Source: Strigamia acuminata (taxonomy: Eukaryota). Taken from it: a DNA stretch of 64,000 nt. Positions 25,295 through 47,091 of the stretch are shown in pieces (the first letter of the stretch is position 1; each line of letters starts with the position of its first letter). The DNA is taken from assembly GCA_949358305.1 (NCBI GenBank), contig OX442314.1, forward strand, positions 5,332,001 to 5,396,000, read 5' to 3'. The translations under genes and the position numbers were made by a program. Under the pieces are notes generated by a model. The model was not told the origin of the DNA. It saw only the letters and a list, made by a program, of their open reading frames with translations, and made no database searches.

Positions 25295-28200
25295 CCGCGC
25301 TTCCACGCCATCTTGTGACGTGAATTCGACCGATATCCGCTTTGTTGGACTTAGCGGAATTTTCTTCGAGTCTCGCAACGTGATGGCTTGCACTATCGGT
25401 CGATTAGAATTTATTTTTAGTGCCGCCATCGACTCGTAATTTATTTTACTTCTTTCCTACGACCTTTCCGCCTTTTATAAACGGATTATCTCTTTTTGGT
25501 CGCAGGTTACGGATCGAGGCAGGTACGATATTTTTTGTTGTTTTTTGTGTCTGTACCTCCTCATTATTGTTTTCTTTTTTATCCGTGTTTTTTGTGTTTG
25601 TTTCAGGAGTTTCTCCTGTTTCCCCCCCGACCAAAATTGGATCCGGAACGGATTCAACGATCTCGTTGACCGGAGGTGAAGGGGCGTCGAAATACTCCTC
25701 GTTGTCACTTGGCGGTGCTTTTTCCGACTCGCCAGCGAACATATCGACGATTTGGCCGTCAGTTTTAGACTTGACTTGGCCCTTGGCCCACATTTCTTGC
25801 GGGAATTCCGGAATGTACGGAGTTAACTCTCGTACCTGGATCGATTTTTGCTCGGTGTTGTCCTCGAGCTTGCGTAATTTATACGCGTTACCGCCATGCT
25901 TGCCGATGATTACATACGGGCCATCTCTCTTGTCGGCCAAGCTGGCGGTGATTCCTCTCGCTGCATTTGAGAGGGTGTGTGCATCTTTCCACACCAAATC
26001 ATTGATCTCGAAATTCACGAATTTTCCACCGCTTTTATCTTGTAAAATGCGGTCGCGCATGTTAAAAATGTGCGCCATCATATGCTTGTATGTGTTCGAA
26101 ATTGTTTGCTCCAATTTATACACATACTCATGTGGTTTCTCTGGGTCCACCACATTTACCGACTCTGCCACTCGTGGGTCCCAAGGCACTCGTAGCTCTC
26201 GGGCGAAGTTGAGGTAGGCCGGAGAAAAATCTCTCGTCCTCGAGACTGTTGTTCGTATGCTGAACGCGATCTCCCTCAAGTATTCATCCCACCTATTGTG
26301 GATTTCAGTGAATATGCTTAGTGCATATTTAATGTCCCTGTTGAGTCGCTCAACGGAATTTGTTCTAGGATTGTAGGTCGAAGTATGTGACGCCACAATC
26401 CCGAATTTTTTACAAAACTTACCCCAAATTTTCGAGATAAATTGGGGTCCGTTATCGGATATTATTTTACGTGGAAATCCGTAACGTAACGCCACGTCGT
26501 AGATACATTCAACGATTTTCTCTGCTGAAGGTCTAGCGACGGCGTACAACTCGGGCCAACGAGTCGCCACGTCCATTATAACGATAATGTACGCATTTTT
26601 ATTTCCCGTAACGGGTTTTGGGCCCATCACATCGACACTTAAACAATCAAAAGGCGCGTAAGGCCCTAAGAAAATAGTTTCGAATGGTGATTTACTCCTC
26701 GGCTTGCACGCTTGACATCGCTGACATTGGTGGACAAAAAGAGCAATATCTTTTTTCATCCCTGTCCAGTGAAAAAGCTGTGTAGCACGATAGAGTGTTC
26801 TGCTTACTCCCGCATGGCTCGCAAGCGGGTGCCCGTGTAACAACCACAGCACGCGACCGATTAAGGAAGCAGGTATTACTACCTTTACTGCGGTGTCCGA
26901 TTCACTCAAGTCATCTTGGTGATTTGGGTGATGTTTCACTAAAAGGCCGTCATCCAATAGGTAATCTATGGATTCGTGTGCATAACGACGCTTCTGCCTT
27001 CTGGTTAAGTTGGGCGGATATTTTCCTGTCAGTACGAATCTAGCTCTGTCCTGACATTTTTTGTCTAATTTTTGCTGCACAATTATTTCCTCCCTTGTTG
27101 GGGGATTGCTTTTCATTTGCTTGCTGACACGAGCGTGGAAGGCGCTTAGAAGCGGGTCATTTATTCTCCGCTCTAGCTTAAATTCCTTCTTTGCATTTGG
27201 GTAATTGTCAGCAGCTGGTTGGTATAACCGCGTCCAGAATCCACAGAATTTTACATCTGCCGGAGACGCGGTAGGAATTTCATTCATCTTCCTTAAATCC
27301 CAACGGTGACAACTCGTAGGGCAATAAATGATGCGGGAGTCATCCTCGCCATCATCGTCAGCGTCGATTGGATCTGACACTGGTGCCCGTGACAGAGCGT
27401 CAGCCACGACGTTATATTTGCCGGGCTTGTATTGAATGGTCAAGTCGCATGCCATCAGTTCTAACTGCCATCTGGCTAGTCGACCGGCTGGCTCTTTTAA
27501 TTTCATCAGCCATTGTAACGCTTGATGATCTGTGTGGACCACAAATTTGGTATATTCGAGATAATCTCTGAATTTCCTTATGGCCCACACAACGGCCAAA
27601 CACTCCAACTCGGTGGCATTGTAATTCTTTTCAGCGCCTTGGAGTTTGCGACTTATAAACATGCACGGCAGGTCTTGTTCGACTCCGTCGCGCACGTGTG
27701 TTTGGAGCAACGCCGCTCCTAACCCAACTCTGCTGGCGTCCGTATGTAATATGAACGGCCGGTTTAAGTCGGGTAGAGGCATTACGCCGACTTCCGTCAG
27801 CATCCTCTTTATCGCATTAAATGCGATGTTGCACTCATTTGACCATACAAATTCGTTTTCATTCTTCAGGAGGTCGGTAACTGGGGCTGCCACTTCAGCT
27901 AGACCCGGTAGCAACCTGCCGAAGAAGTTTATCATTCCCATAAACCGTTGGACACCTTTAACGTCCTCGGGTGGTGGGAAACGATTAATCGCATCGATTT
28001 TTTCGGGGCCAATAGTTAAACCATTGACTCCAATGCGATAACCCAGGAAGGCAAGCTCCTTTCGACAGAACTTGCTCTTACCCGGGTGCACGTGTAACCC
28101 AGCTTTTGCCAGCCGGGTGAGCACTTGGTCGATGTGCTCAATGTGTTCTTCGAATGTTTTGGAGGCAATAACTATGTCATCTAGGTATGCCCACACAAAC

Positions 28201-29539
28201 TGGTGCAATATATCGCCCAATACGCTCTCGATTAGTCTCTGAAAGGTACTGGGAGCATTCACTAAACCAAATGGCATGACGTTGAACATCAACCGTCCAA
28301 TTGGCGAGTAAAATGCTGTTTTTAGCTTATCCTCTGGCCTCATCTCAACCTGCCAGTATCCCTTCGACAGATCCATCGTCGTAACCCAAGAAAAGGGGCT
28401 GAGCTCTCTCAAAATGGATTCGATAGACGGCATCTGTATGGGATCTATCTCTGTCACCGCGTTTAATGGGCGGTAATCAATGCATAGGCGTGGGTCCGAG
28501 CCCGGGCGCATCACGAGCACAACTCGCGTCGCGTATTCTCCCTGGGCCTCGGAGACAATGCCACTGTCTAGCATTTCTTGGCACATTTTTTGCACTATTT
28601 CACGTTTTTGCGGGTTCATTCCCTTATACGCAACTCGTATAGGTTTATTATCCGTCAATTTAATTCCGTGAATAGCCCTATTCGTTCGGCCCGGTTTTTT
28701 CGACAGGATCCCCTCATATTTAAGTAGGACCCTTCGTAGGGCTGCCGCTTCGTTTAATTCTAAAGCGGCGTCGGCGACAAGCGTTTCCACTACATTGTCC
28801 CGTTGCAATTCTGTTACGAATGCTTTAAAATCGTAGTCTTGAACGAATTTCTTTAGGCCTTTCTCCCACTGTGTCTTGTCGGCCGCTTCTTTTACAAGAG
28901 CTGGTGGCACGACAATTGCGGGTCTTTCCTTATCATTTCTGATATAATTCCAAGATTTCGTTATTGGATTTGGTTGTATTTCCATTGACGCCATGAGGTC
29001 TAAGCCCAACAGAAAAATTCTGTCGCATGTGGGCAGGACCAGGAAAGGGTGCTGTTCTACTCCTCCGAGCCACTCCATGGTCAATAATATAACTCCTTTT
29101 GGACGCGCCATTCCGTTGGCGGTTTTTAGACGTATATTTTTATTAACGCCTTTTATCTTATCGGTGAGACCCAATGATGCTACTATGTCTTCGGAAACGA
29201 ACGAGCGATCTGCTCCCGAGTCTAGTAGTCCCATAATTTTTTCACGTTCTATTGTCATGGGCAACATACATAGGCGGTTGGTGTATTCGACCGCCACGTT
29301 GCACATGAAAACACGAAATTCTTCTGTGTCTTCGACTACTTGAGGTAATTCTTCAAGCAGTAGGTTCGGTTCTTCCGCTTCAGCTTCAGCGTTTGCGGTA
29401 ATTACCTGCAAACCGTTGTTGGCCCTGTCTTGAATTTGGGCGTTAGCTATGTCACTACCCATTTCTTTGACTGGTGGCGGCTTATCGAACCCTTTGTTAA
29501 ACCCCTTTTTCTTCATGAATGGCGCAGACGGTCGAGAAG

Positions 29540-37357
<7,818 letters not shown>

Positions 37358-38447
37358 TTCTTGCTTTGGGTATGGTGTAATCACAGGTTAGAATCAGTTA
37401 TTCAACTTGATCCCGGACAGGCCCCCACGTGTCGCGCTCAACTCTAACCGTCGCTAACTCGTGGGTTGATTACTTAATTCGACTAACTCACTACCGCTTT
37501 GCTCAAGCGGTTTACCCAAAGAAATGATTACACAGATATAAAAGGTAAAATATAATATAGATTTATTCTGCGGGGCAATGTACAGATATATCTTATATAT
37601 ATATATATAAAGGGTAAGTAAAAGGTAAATCGGAATGGGTGATGGGGAATGGAAAGGTAAAGGTAAGATGAAAGCTGGCTGGAATCGGCGAGGTCGTCTG
37701 TTGTCTCGTGCGTGTCCAAGATGGCGTCCTCGTTGTAGCAACGTGATGTCGTCTTGGGCCGGCGTGGCAATATGGCGTCCTCGGCTCGTCTCTGGCTGGT
37801 CCTTCGGGCTCACGCTGGTCGGGCGCGAGTGAATGCTTAGTTAAAAGGCTTACTTCGGTCTGTTGTCTAGGTTTTTGTGTGGTGTCCGGCGATCACACAG
37901 CGGCGGACTCTTCTGGCTCCCGGCGGTCACACAGCGGCGGGAACGCTCGTCGTGGTTTTACTGCAGTTTAGGCTTGTGCGACCGTTTGTCTGCACAACTC
38001 GCTAAACTGGAGTGGTTTTTACTATTTCTAGCTGGTGTGCTAAAATAGTGTGGTAATCTTATCTCGCAGGTTACTCTGCGGAGTTTGACACTGACCAAAC
38101 GTACTCACGGTAAATTGTCCTTTGTCCTTGGTCAATCCCAGTATATTTACTTGGGCCTGATCTTGTAGGACGACGGGTTTTACGTGTGTTTCTCGTTTGA
38201 TGGTTGTGTTGGTTCTGCCCGCTCAGTGCAAGGCACATTCCTTTGCACAAAGCGGGGTTGACAGGTGACCAGAATCACCCAATGGTGGGGTGGACGAACC
38301 ATCCCCACTCCCTCAGGGCAGACGCCTGTCCATTGACTAGATGTCAATGCACTGAGGGAAGGGAGACGCGCTTGCGGCTCCCCTTACACCCGAAACGAGG
38401 TCACGAGAGAAACTCTTCGTTGACCCCGGTCCAGTCGGGTCACAACA

Positions 38448-41400
38448 GATGTCAGTCCGCAATGGAGGACCTGTAAATGTGAAAATTGCAAAATTAGTGT
38501 AGTCAGTTTGTGTTTAGGGGGTAAAATTAAAGGTTGAGTGGCAGTAGGCAAATCTCGCGATTCATGCAGTCTGTTTCGCAGCTCGATTAATCCCATTTCG
38601 TTTAGTCGTGGATTCAGGTCCCGTAGCTTTGATTCTCCATGAACTGGTCTGCCATTCCTCATTCTTCCGATTTCTCGGCCATAAACCTCCGTTTGCGCAA
38701 TTTTAATCAAACTGAATTTCGCGCGTGTCAGCTCGGCTGCTTTCAATGGGCCTCGATCTCGTCGACTGGCGTCTGTTTGTCGTTTCCCAGCGTTGTCTGC
38801 GAACCTGAAAACCCATGCCAGCGTTCGGATTGCCTTTGACAGCGATCCAAACCTGTCAAACGGAAAATTATTAGTTGTTGTTGTTTGTACCGCCTCGACG
38901 TGAATTTCTGCAGTTTCTTCATCGTCTTGCTCCTCGACTGTATTCGATGGCGCTTTTGGCCAGTTCTGGCAACTTCCGCGCAGCCAGTCCGGTCCCTGCC
39001 ACCAAAGTCGGTCGGATATCATTGCTTCCGCGTCCATTCCCCTCGTCAGGCGGTCGGCTGGATTTTCAATTCCAGGCACGTGTTTCCATTCTTCAATTCT
39101 TGATTTTTCTCTTATCTCCAAGACTCGATTATGCACGAATGTTGGTGGTCGTTTGGACGTGTTTCCTATCCAGTGGAGGCATATCTGCGAATCTGTCCAA
39201 AAAAACATTTCACTTGGTGTCACCAACTCCTTAATTTGGTCGGAGAGGCGCACAGCAATCAATGCTCCCATGAGTTCAAGTTTTGGTAGAGTTAGTGGTT
39301 TGACAGGAGCTACACGACACTTTGAAATTATAAAATTTGTTTTGATCAAATCACCAGTACTGTTCTGTATATAGGCCACTGCCCCGTATGCCTTCGGACT
39401 CGCGTCGCAAAATATGTGCACTTCACACTGGTCGAACTCGTCCAATCCTAACCATCGTGGAATTTGAATGTATCTCAACGTGGGAATTTGGTCGGTCCAT
39501 TTTTTCCAGTCGGTGAGCAATTCGTTGCCCAATTCGTCGTCCCATGGCAGGTTCTTGAGCCACAGGGATTGGAAGAACATTCGTGCAGTCACCGTGAATG
39601 GCGTGGCAAATCCTAAAGGGTCGAATATTTGAGACGTTATTTTTATTACTTCTCTTTTTGTTGTTTTCTTGCAAGATGGGCAATTTTCTTCGACCGCCAG
39701 ACTCAATTCGTCCGAGTTTGGGTTCCACTTGACTCCCAACACTTTGGTCTCTTCATCTGACATCAGCTGAGAGTCCGTGGGATTTTCCTCGCGAAATTTT
39801 GTTCTTAGTTCTGGCGAATTGGTCTGCCACTTGGCGAGTTCCATGCCGGCTGCTACAAAAATCAGATTAGCTTGTTGGAATGTTACCAGCGCTTCAGCGT
39901 CGTTCTTGAGCGAAGAGATGAAGTCGTCCACGTACAGGCATCGCAATAGTAACTTCACAGTGTTGGGGTACTGTTTCTCGAATTTGCGCAGGTGGTGTCG
40001 GATGGTCGCGCTCAACAGAAATGGGCTCGGAGTAGCGCCAAATAATACTCGAGTTTGTCGTAGTATTTTCAGCAGTGCTTTTCCTACGCCGTCCCAGTGT
40101 TCATCGATCCAGAAGAATCTCGTTGCGTCACGGTCCTTCAAGGCGATTTCAATCATGTGAAACGCCTTTTTGATGTCTCCCACGATGGCCACTCTTCCGA
40201 GACGAAATCCCAACAGCACAAATATTAGTGACGGCAAAAAATTGATACCTTTCGACAAGCAGTCGTTCAAGGAGAGATGTCCCTTTCGATGTGAAGATGC
40301 ATCAAATACCACTCTCAATTTCGTGGTTACGCGTTCTTCCTTGATGACTGGACTGTGTGGCATGTAGTAAATGGGTCCTGTTGCCGTTTGATTCGGAATT
40401 TCTTCGACAATGCCTGTTTTCAGTTGTTCGTCGATGACTTTCTTGTATTCCAAATACAGGTTGGGTTGTTTTCTGAAACGACGGATTAGTGACATGATAC
40501 GTTGCTCGGCGCCTCGATAGTTATCGTCCAGCTCGTTGCTATTCACAATCCACGGCAGTTCTACTGAATAGTTTGATCCTGTCCACTTGATGGCCTTTTC
40601 GAATTTTTCCAACGTTTCAGTATCGTCGTTCGTTTCGACTGACTCGTGGCGGACTCCGATCGGTTCCAGTTCCCACATCCGGCGCAAAAGGTCATCTGTT
40701 GATGGGGCAAGCGTAATTTTATTAATTCTCACCGGTGCAGCAATGACTCTTGTTCCATTTGTGGTCTGTCCGTGCAGTGTCCAACCGAATTTCGTCTTCA
40801 CGGCAATCAAATTCTCCTCCAAAAATTCCGTTTGTCCAGTCATCACTCGCCAGTAATGGTCCACTCCAATTAGCAGGTCCACTTCCTTCGAATGCAACGC
40901 AACTTGCTTGCAGGCCACTTCGATTTTTCTTCGTTGTAGTTCCGCTTTGAGTTGTTTGTTTGGTTGTTCTCCAGGAGTGGACGTGACGTGGTCAGCTTCG
41001 ATGGCTTCAATTGTGACTGCTGGCGACCTCGAGTTGGCGGGGCTGAGGACTAACTCGACTCTGTTGCGAACTTCTGATCTGGGCTCTTGCCCAAACACGG
41101 CCAAATTTATCGTTTCAGTGCCTAAAATTCTCAAATTCAGTTTTTTAGTCAACTCAGAGCGTATGAAGGTACGTTGGGCTCCCCCATCGATATAGCACAC
41201 TCCCAAAGCTGAGTGCGTTGGTCCGGCCATCTTCACCATCTGCACCATCAAAAATTCGGACTTGGGTGGACAGGTGGTAACGACTGCGTTGGTGTGGGTG
41301 ATTCCCTCGCCGGCTTCTGTAGCTTTTGGTGTGTCGCACACGTGGGTGTGATGCGCTCCCTCGCAGCTGTAACATTTCATGCGAGTCCTACATTCTTCCG

Positions 41401-42643
41401 TCTTGTGGGGCACTTTCCCCAAGCACCTCATGCAAATCCCTTTTTTCTGCAGTCTTTTACGTCTCTCCTCCATCGTGAGCGGGCATCTTTTCCGATTGTG
41501 TTCTGTGGAATCGCAAAATTGACATTTCATTATTAATACTGACAGTTGCGACGCCGATCCCGATCGAGGTTCCTTTTCTTTTCGACTAAATCGTCCTTTG
41601 TTGGGGAGATTGTTGTCCGACGTTTTGTTGTGAGACGTTTCTGGCTTCGATTGGGTTTTTAGCATGTCGTACTTGGCGTGTTTAGCAATGTGATCACTCA
41701 ACCAATCCATTAACTTCGTTATCGATCGCTCTCCATCGCAGTCTTTGTCATATTCCATGATGATACTACGTGGAACTGCAGACGACAGCACGGGAAAAAT
41801 GGTCCGCTGTATTTCCGCCAGTGGTACTTCGATGTTGGCCAGATTCTCTATGTTGACTTCCACGTGTCTGTGCAGCTTCTGTAAACCCATTTGATCTCGC
41901 TCGCTGCTAACAGATGGCAAATTTATGAGGTTAGACAAGTATTTATTCTCGAGTACGATTTTGTCGCCGTATTTCTTCTGCAGACGTGCGATTGCGACGG
42001 TGTAATTTCCTGCGGTGATCTCGAGTGCTTTTATATCGTCGAGCGCCTCTCCAACCAGGTAATTTCTTAAATATAGAAGTTTATTTGTTCCGTCCAGTTG
42101 CTCGTCGTCACCGACTTGGATCGAAAACGTTTTCCAAAACCCTCCCCATTCTTCTGGCTTACGTCCGTCAAACTTGGGTATTTCAAGTGGCTTACGTTTG
42201 ATGAATGGTTGACCGTTCGTCGGCGTTCCGCGTGGTGTTGCCGCCGTCACTGCTGCGGTAATGGCCGCCGCTAGCGCGTCGAAGTCCGCCGCCGGTTGTG
42301 CGTCCGCGTTCGGTCGTATGTTCTGGGGTAAATTAGGTGGGTAATTCATTTGAGTGTACCTGCTTAGATCGGCTCTTGATGCGGCCAAGCGGTCCTCCAA
42401 TGCGTCGAGTGCTATTACGGTCTCGTCAATCTCCTGGTCGTTTTTTGCTTGATCCAGTGTGGCGTCGAACGTTTGTTGCACTCGCTTCTGTTTTTGTTCG
42501 AGCTGTTGCAGCCATAATTCGATTGTGGCTTGCGGAATTGCAGCTCGCCCATTCAGCGCAGTGGTTATCGTGGTCAGGAGTGTTTCCGTGACCATCATGG
42601 CCGCTCGGAATGCTTTGTTCTTTAACTCGAAATTTCTCACCAT
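38448..42643 (-). CDS. BEL-2 Gag-Pol polyprotein, 5' part
   Basis: Closely similar to BEL-1, with [25 protein letters not shown] and NPAD. Confidence 0.95.
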
Positions 42644-43549
42644 TTTAGTAGATTTTTAGATGAATTCGGAATTTAAAATGTTCCCGGGTTTCGGCACCAA
42701 TGTTAAACTTGAAGTAAATAAAAAGATATTCAAAGTTTACCAATTAATTTCTAAAGTCCTTGACTACAAGTGGATGTAACAGTTGAAAATCGCGTTGAAG
42801 TCCAAGATGGCGTTGGAGTATAAAGAAGCACGACCACACAGTTTTAGTTGAAAAAGTACACTGAGTTTTTATTCTAATCTTAAAAGGAAAAGGAAATGCA
42901 AATGACACGGTTCGCAGAACCAATCACAAGCATCCGTGAGATAGGGGAATGACGTGTTCAGGTAGAGGAATGCAAAACGGATTAAAGGGATTAACATGTC
43001 AAGATTCCAATAATAAAAGAACAGGTCAATACATATAAGTGGAAATAAAAATACATTATAACAAATTGGCAAAATCACAAATAAAATATCGAAATCTCGA
43101 ATAAAAATGGAAATACAAAGAAACAATATAAATTCAACAATACAAATCAAATAATGTAACTAAACAATAATTCACGCGTAAAATCATCCGATTTTCACAC
43201 TTTATTTGTTTTAATTAGTCGTCTTTATATTCATCATTTTGCTCTGTCTTTACACAGCAATAACTGCATCACTTTTGAATATTTGCCCAGTCTCGTTGAG
43301 TGGCTGATAGGAGGTTGTGACCGCTAGGCCACCCTGGTGACCTACGGCACTGCCACACACCGCCTACGGCCCCAAAGGTCAACCCCTCTGTGGGTGATTG
43401 ACCTAGCCCGGGGAGGAGGGAGTGGAGTGGTGTGGTGAGTAGAGGAGAGAGAGAGAGTAGCACTGGACACGGACTGAGAAGGACGTGTCTGCAGTGGCTC
43501 CAGAGGAGAAGGCTTTCATCTTGGGAGGGACAAGAAGTGTCCCATGTTT

Positions 43550-43745
43550 GTAATTTTATGTTTGTTTTTAGAAAACTTTAATAAATTAATTTTAATTTTT
43601 TAACAAACATAAAATTACAAACATTAAAATTACTGCTAAAAATAAATAAAAAAATAAGTAAAAATTTTCACAAACACAGCAGGATTTGAACCGGTGTGGA
43701 AGGATTCCTAGTCCATTTGCCTTAACCACTGGACCACCACTACAA
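43550..43745 (-). repeat. tRNA-derived SINE-like repeat; partial inverted copy at ~44750-44895
   Basis: The minus strand has an A-box-like TGGTCCAGTGGTTAAGGC and a B-box GGTTCAAATCC followed by an AT-rich tail. Confidence 0.5.
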
Positions 43746-44563
43746 ACTATTGTTATCTTCATGAAGACAGTCATGTTGGTGAACAAAGTTCTGATGTCAT
43801 GACATCATTGAATCTCAAATGATGAAATGACATCATTGAATGTCAAATGATAAAATTCAACCTGGATCTTGGAACTATTTTTTACCTAGCAACAGTTGTT
43901 TACAATATTCCTCCACAAGCCTAATTACTCCCAAAAGTGTACTGTCACTGTAGAAAGAGTCCAAATTTGATGTTTGATTTATTTCTTTTTGCCTGTTCAT
44001 GGCATAAAAACATTTGGGCAGCTTATTTACCTGTTTGAGGTAAATAAATTCCTCAAAAATTTTGGACATGACCGAAGAGTCTTATTGGTGCACTCCCCTT
44101 GTCAGTACAGCGGCGTCAACCGTTGTGCAGCCTCCATGAGTGGACGCGTGGGTCGTAGGTAAGTACGACACGAACGTTTAGTCGAACCGACCACGTCACC
44201 CATTGGGTTCCCACCCAGTGTGTGACGGGTCGGTTGCCGGTGCGGCGTGCCTTCGTGGCACCCCCGCAACGGGTAACGGGAATTCCCATACCCCTAGACA
44301 ACAATAATAAAGGCCAACCAACCAATATTAGGGGATGTTTCGTTATTTACGTGAGTATGCGCCCCAAACCAGTGCTTTCAGTCCCCTGATTGCATTGGCG
44401 AAGGCCATACCAGTCACAAGGTTTCCGAGACCCTATGAGCTAATACTTACAAGGAGACCGCAGGAGTGTGTCCTTCACAATTGTTTAATTTATGGTATGT
44501 TAAAATAAAGTATTGTTTTTATCTAAACAGTCAATACTTTCTTTATTTAAATGCAACGCTCTT

Positions 44564-44750
44564 TCACATAGTTACAAAGGGGTGACACCTGTATAGGGAT
44601 GACACTGAGCCGGAAAAAATATATGATATTTTTTTTTCATATAGGGGGTGACACCTGGCCGGGATTGAAAAAAATTTTGATTTTAACTGTTTTCGAGGAT
44701 GACACCAGCGATATCCGCCCCGGGTGTCACCCATGCTAGCTACACCACTG
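44564..44750. mobile_element. Truncated hAT-type MITE
   Basis: One end reads CAGTGGTGTAGCTAGCATGGGTGACACC on the minus strand, with internal GGGGTGACACC repeats. The other TIR was not found. Confidence 0.4.
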
Positions 44751-45455
44751 ACTAGGAATCTTTCCACACAGGTTCAAATCCTGTTGTCTGTGAAAATTTT
44801 TACTTTTATTTTTAGCAGTAATGTTGATGTTGATTATTTTATATTTGTTTTTAGAAAATTTTAATTTAATTAATTTTAATTTTTAGAAAGTTTTAGAAGT
44901 AATGAGGGTGGGCCAATGGGAGAAAGGCCACTCTTATGCTCTGTCAGAGTATACAGTAGTATTGATGCTAGCATCAAAGTGTGAGATGTGGCCCATTCTT
45001 TCTCCAAAGAGACCCTGGACTGAGAATATCTCACGATTTCATCTGCAGATCTGCCCCTAAGTGAATTTGAGCAGTCAGTTTCCGGTGATGTAACCGATAT
45101 ATCATCGTCTCTGATAAACGTTTGTCTGAAAAGGACAGAATGTAATAAAGAGATCTCAGTTTTCAGCGCCCTTTCAATTCATGTCATGGAAGTTTCATTT
45201 GGGTCCTGTTCTTACTTGGGTTTCCACACACAAGACAAGTGTCGTATCCTTGGATCGCTGCATGAAATAAGGACACGGGTGTGTTGGGTGATGCATAAGT
45301 TACAAGTGCTTTATTCAACATCAAAACGGATACAGGTGAGCACCGGCGCCAGGTGTCACCGTACATATGCGCCATCTAGTGGCGGCTCTCAATATTACAG
45401 AATACCACATCACTCTTTTTTTCAAATAATAACATGTAACAAGTATTTTTAAAAT

Positions 45456-46925
45456 GGCCGAGGCTATTTCCCCCAACGTTGGGGGAAATAATATGTACCT
45501 TATTTCCCCCAACGTTGGGGGAAATAGTCGGCCCTCACTGGCCAGACTATTTCCCCCAACAACTTTTTTTTGTACCGTAGGGGGAAATAACATGTACCTT
45601 ATTTTCCCCAACGTTGGGGGAAATAGTCGACCCTCACTGGCCAGACTATTTCCCCCAACAACTTTTTTTTGTACCGTAGGGGGAAATAACATTTCCCTTA
45701 TTTCCCCACACAGTATGATGACAATGTTTTGCCGAATATGCCGTATACCGAATATTCGGCCCATTACAACTGATTACATAATTTATGTAGGAGATAAAAA
45801 TATCAAATACCAAATTTATTACTAAAATTATTCAATATTTATTGGTATTGGATTACATGTGTAACAAGTAAAATCTTCTACACTGTTTAAATCGTTAAGA
45901 AAATTCACATCCTTGTAATCATACTCAAGTAAACAATCACGATGAAACCACTCACTGCACTTGTTGCATCTAATCATACCTCTCACCTTCTTTGTTCTGC
46001 AGAAACAATAGACTCTATCATAACATTTTTTTTTCTTTGGTTTTAATCCGGAAATGTTATCGGATGGAAAACATTCAAACCGCGTACTATGCTGCAAAAA
46101 AGACTTCACCAAATGTTTTCTTAGGGCAGGGTGACTAGGGCTGAAATTGCTGGGATTCTTATTAGCACAGAGAAACAAAGCATTTGCAATTGCAAATAAC
46201 CCACAATCATGTGAATTTTTTTGCTTTGCACAACTTTGTACCTGTACATTCAATTTCAATGAGTCATTACATAACCGAACCAAACTACTAACAACAGAAA
46301 TGTTTTTATCATGTACATCACTCAGAAGTGAATCGTACACGTTTATAACGATAGCACTTTCCCCAATTTTGCCGGAAACAACATTCCAATGGTTATTATT
46401 CACGTGGCAAATCTGAACGAAATAATCTGAACACGGACTGAATGTTGGTAAACGGCTAGCACCAAAACTTACTGATTGTAGTCCTTCAACAGAAGGGTAA
46501 TCTCTTTTCATCATACCCATAGCTGCATCAATAATACTACCGTCGAGAAAAGCAATGCCCCTTAAAATCAATAAATGCTTCATGTTTAGCGGAATCGAAC
46601 ATACTTCAACCCATTCTGTATTTTCTTCCGCACTGCAGACGTACGCCATACGTGACGGCTCACTCGACCAATCAATGTTGAGTGGACACAACAGATTGTT
46701 GGGGGAAATAGTCTGGCCAGTGAGGGTCAACTATTTCCCCCAACGTTGGGGGGACTATTTCCCCCAACGTTGGGGGAAATAAGGGAAATGTTATTTCCCC
46801 CTACGGTACAAAAAAAAGTTGTTGGGGGAAATAGTCTGGCCAGTGAGGGTCGACTATTTCCCCCAACGTTGGGGGAAATAAGGTACATATTATTTCCCCC
46901 AACGTTGGGGGAAATAGACACCTCG
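45456..46925 (-). mobile_element. Non-autonomous foldback Mutator-like (Rehavkus-like) element
   Basis: 9-bp TSD TTTTAAAAT (45447-45455, 46926-46934). The ~220-250 bp TIRs are built of repeated TATTTCCCCCAACGTTGGGGGAAATA palindromes. Confidence 0.85.
45828..46649 (-). CDS. Ulp1/C48-like cysteine protease + C-terminal PHD finger (probably 5'-truncated)
   Basis: NNHW, VYDSL and QKNSHDCGLFAIA give the H-D-C triad plus Q. CFC..C..C..WFH..C...C..C is a PHD pattern. Confidence 0.85.
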   Translation of the reverse strand: MAYVCSAEENTEWVEVCSIPLNMKHLLILRGIAFLDGSIIDAAMGMMKRDYPSVEGLQSVSFGASRLPTFSPCSDYFVQICHVNNNHWNVVSGKIGESAIVINVYDSLLSDVHDKNISVVSSLVRLCNDSLKLNVQVQSCAKQKNSHDCGLFAIANALFLCANKNPSNFSPSHPALRKHLVKSFLQHSTRFECFPSDNISGLKPKKKKCYDRVYCFCRTKKVRGMIRCNKCSEWFHRDCLLEYDYKDVNFLNDLNSVEDFTCYTCNPIPINIE

Positions 46926-47091
46926 TTTTAAAATAAATAAGTTAAATAAAATCATTAACAATTTGATTCAATTATAATAACATTTTCTGTCCAGGCCTGA
47001 ACTTATACTTCTAAACAATCAAAATATTTCTGTTAAATATTAGTACTCTTTTGAACAACATTACACAACTCTTCTACGACGTGTCGACGTA

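Noticed and set aside
25420..26217. 265-aa antisense ORF over the integrase (and other antisense ORFs in gag-pol regions)
   Set aside because: Shadow ORFs of long coding frames with no recognisable motifs.
43670..43745. tRNA gene
   Set aside because: A and B boxes are present but no full cloverleaf was found, and the shared AT-rich tail suggests a SINE.
45464..46918. CRISPR-like palindromic repeats
   Set aside because: Spacers are repeated and mirrored as TIRs with a 9-bp TSD. The context is eukaryotic and there are no cas genes.
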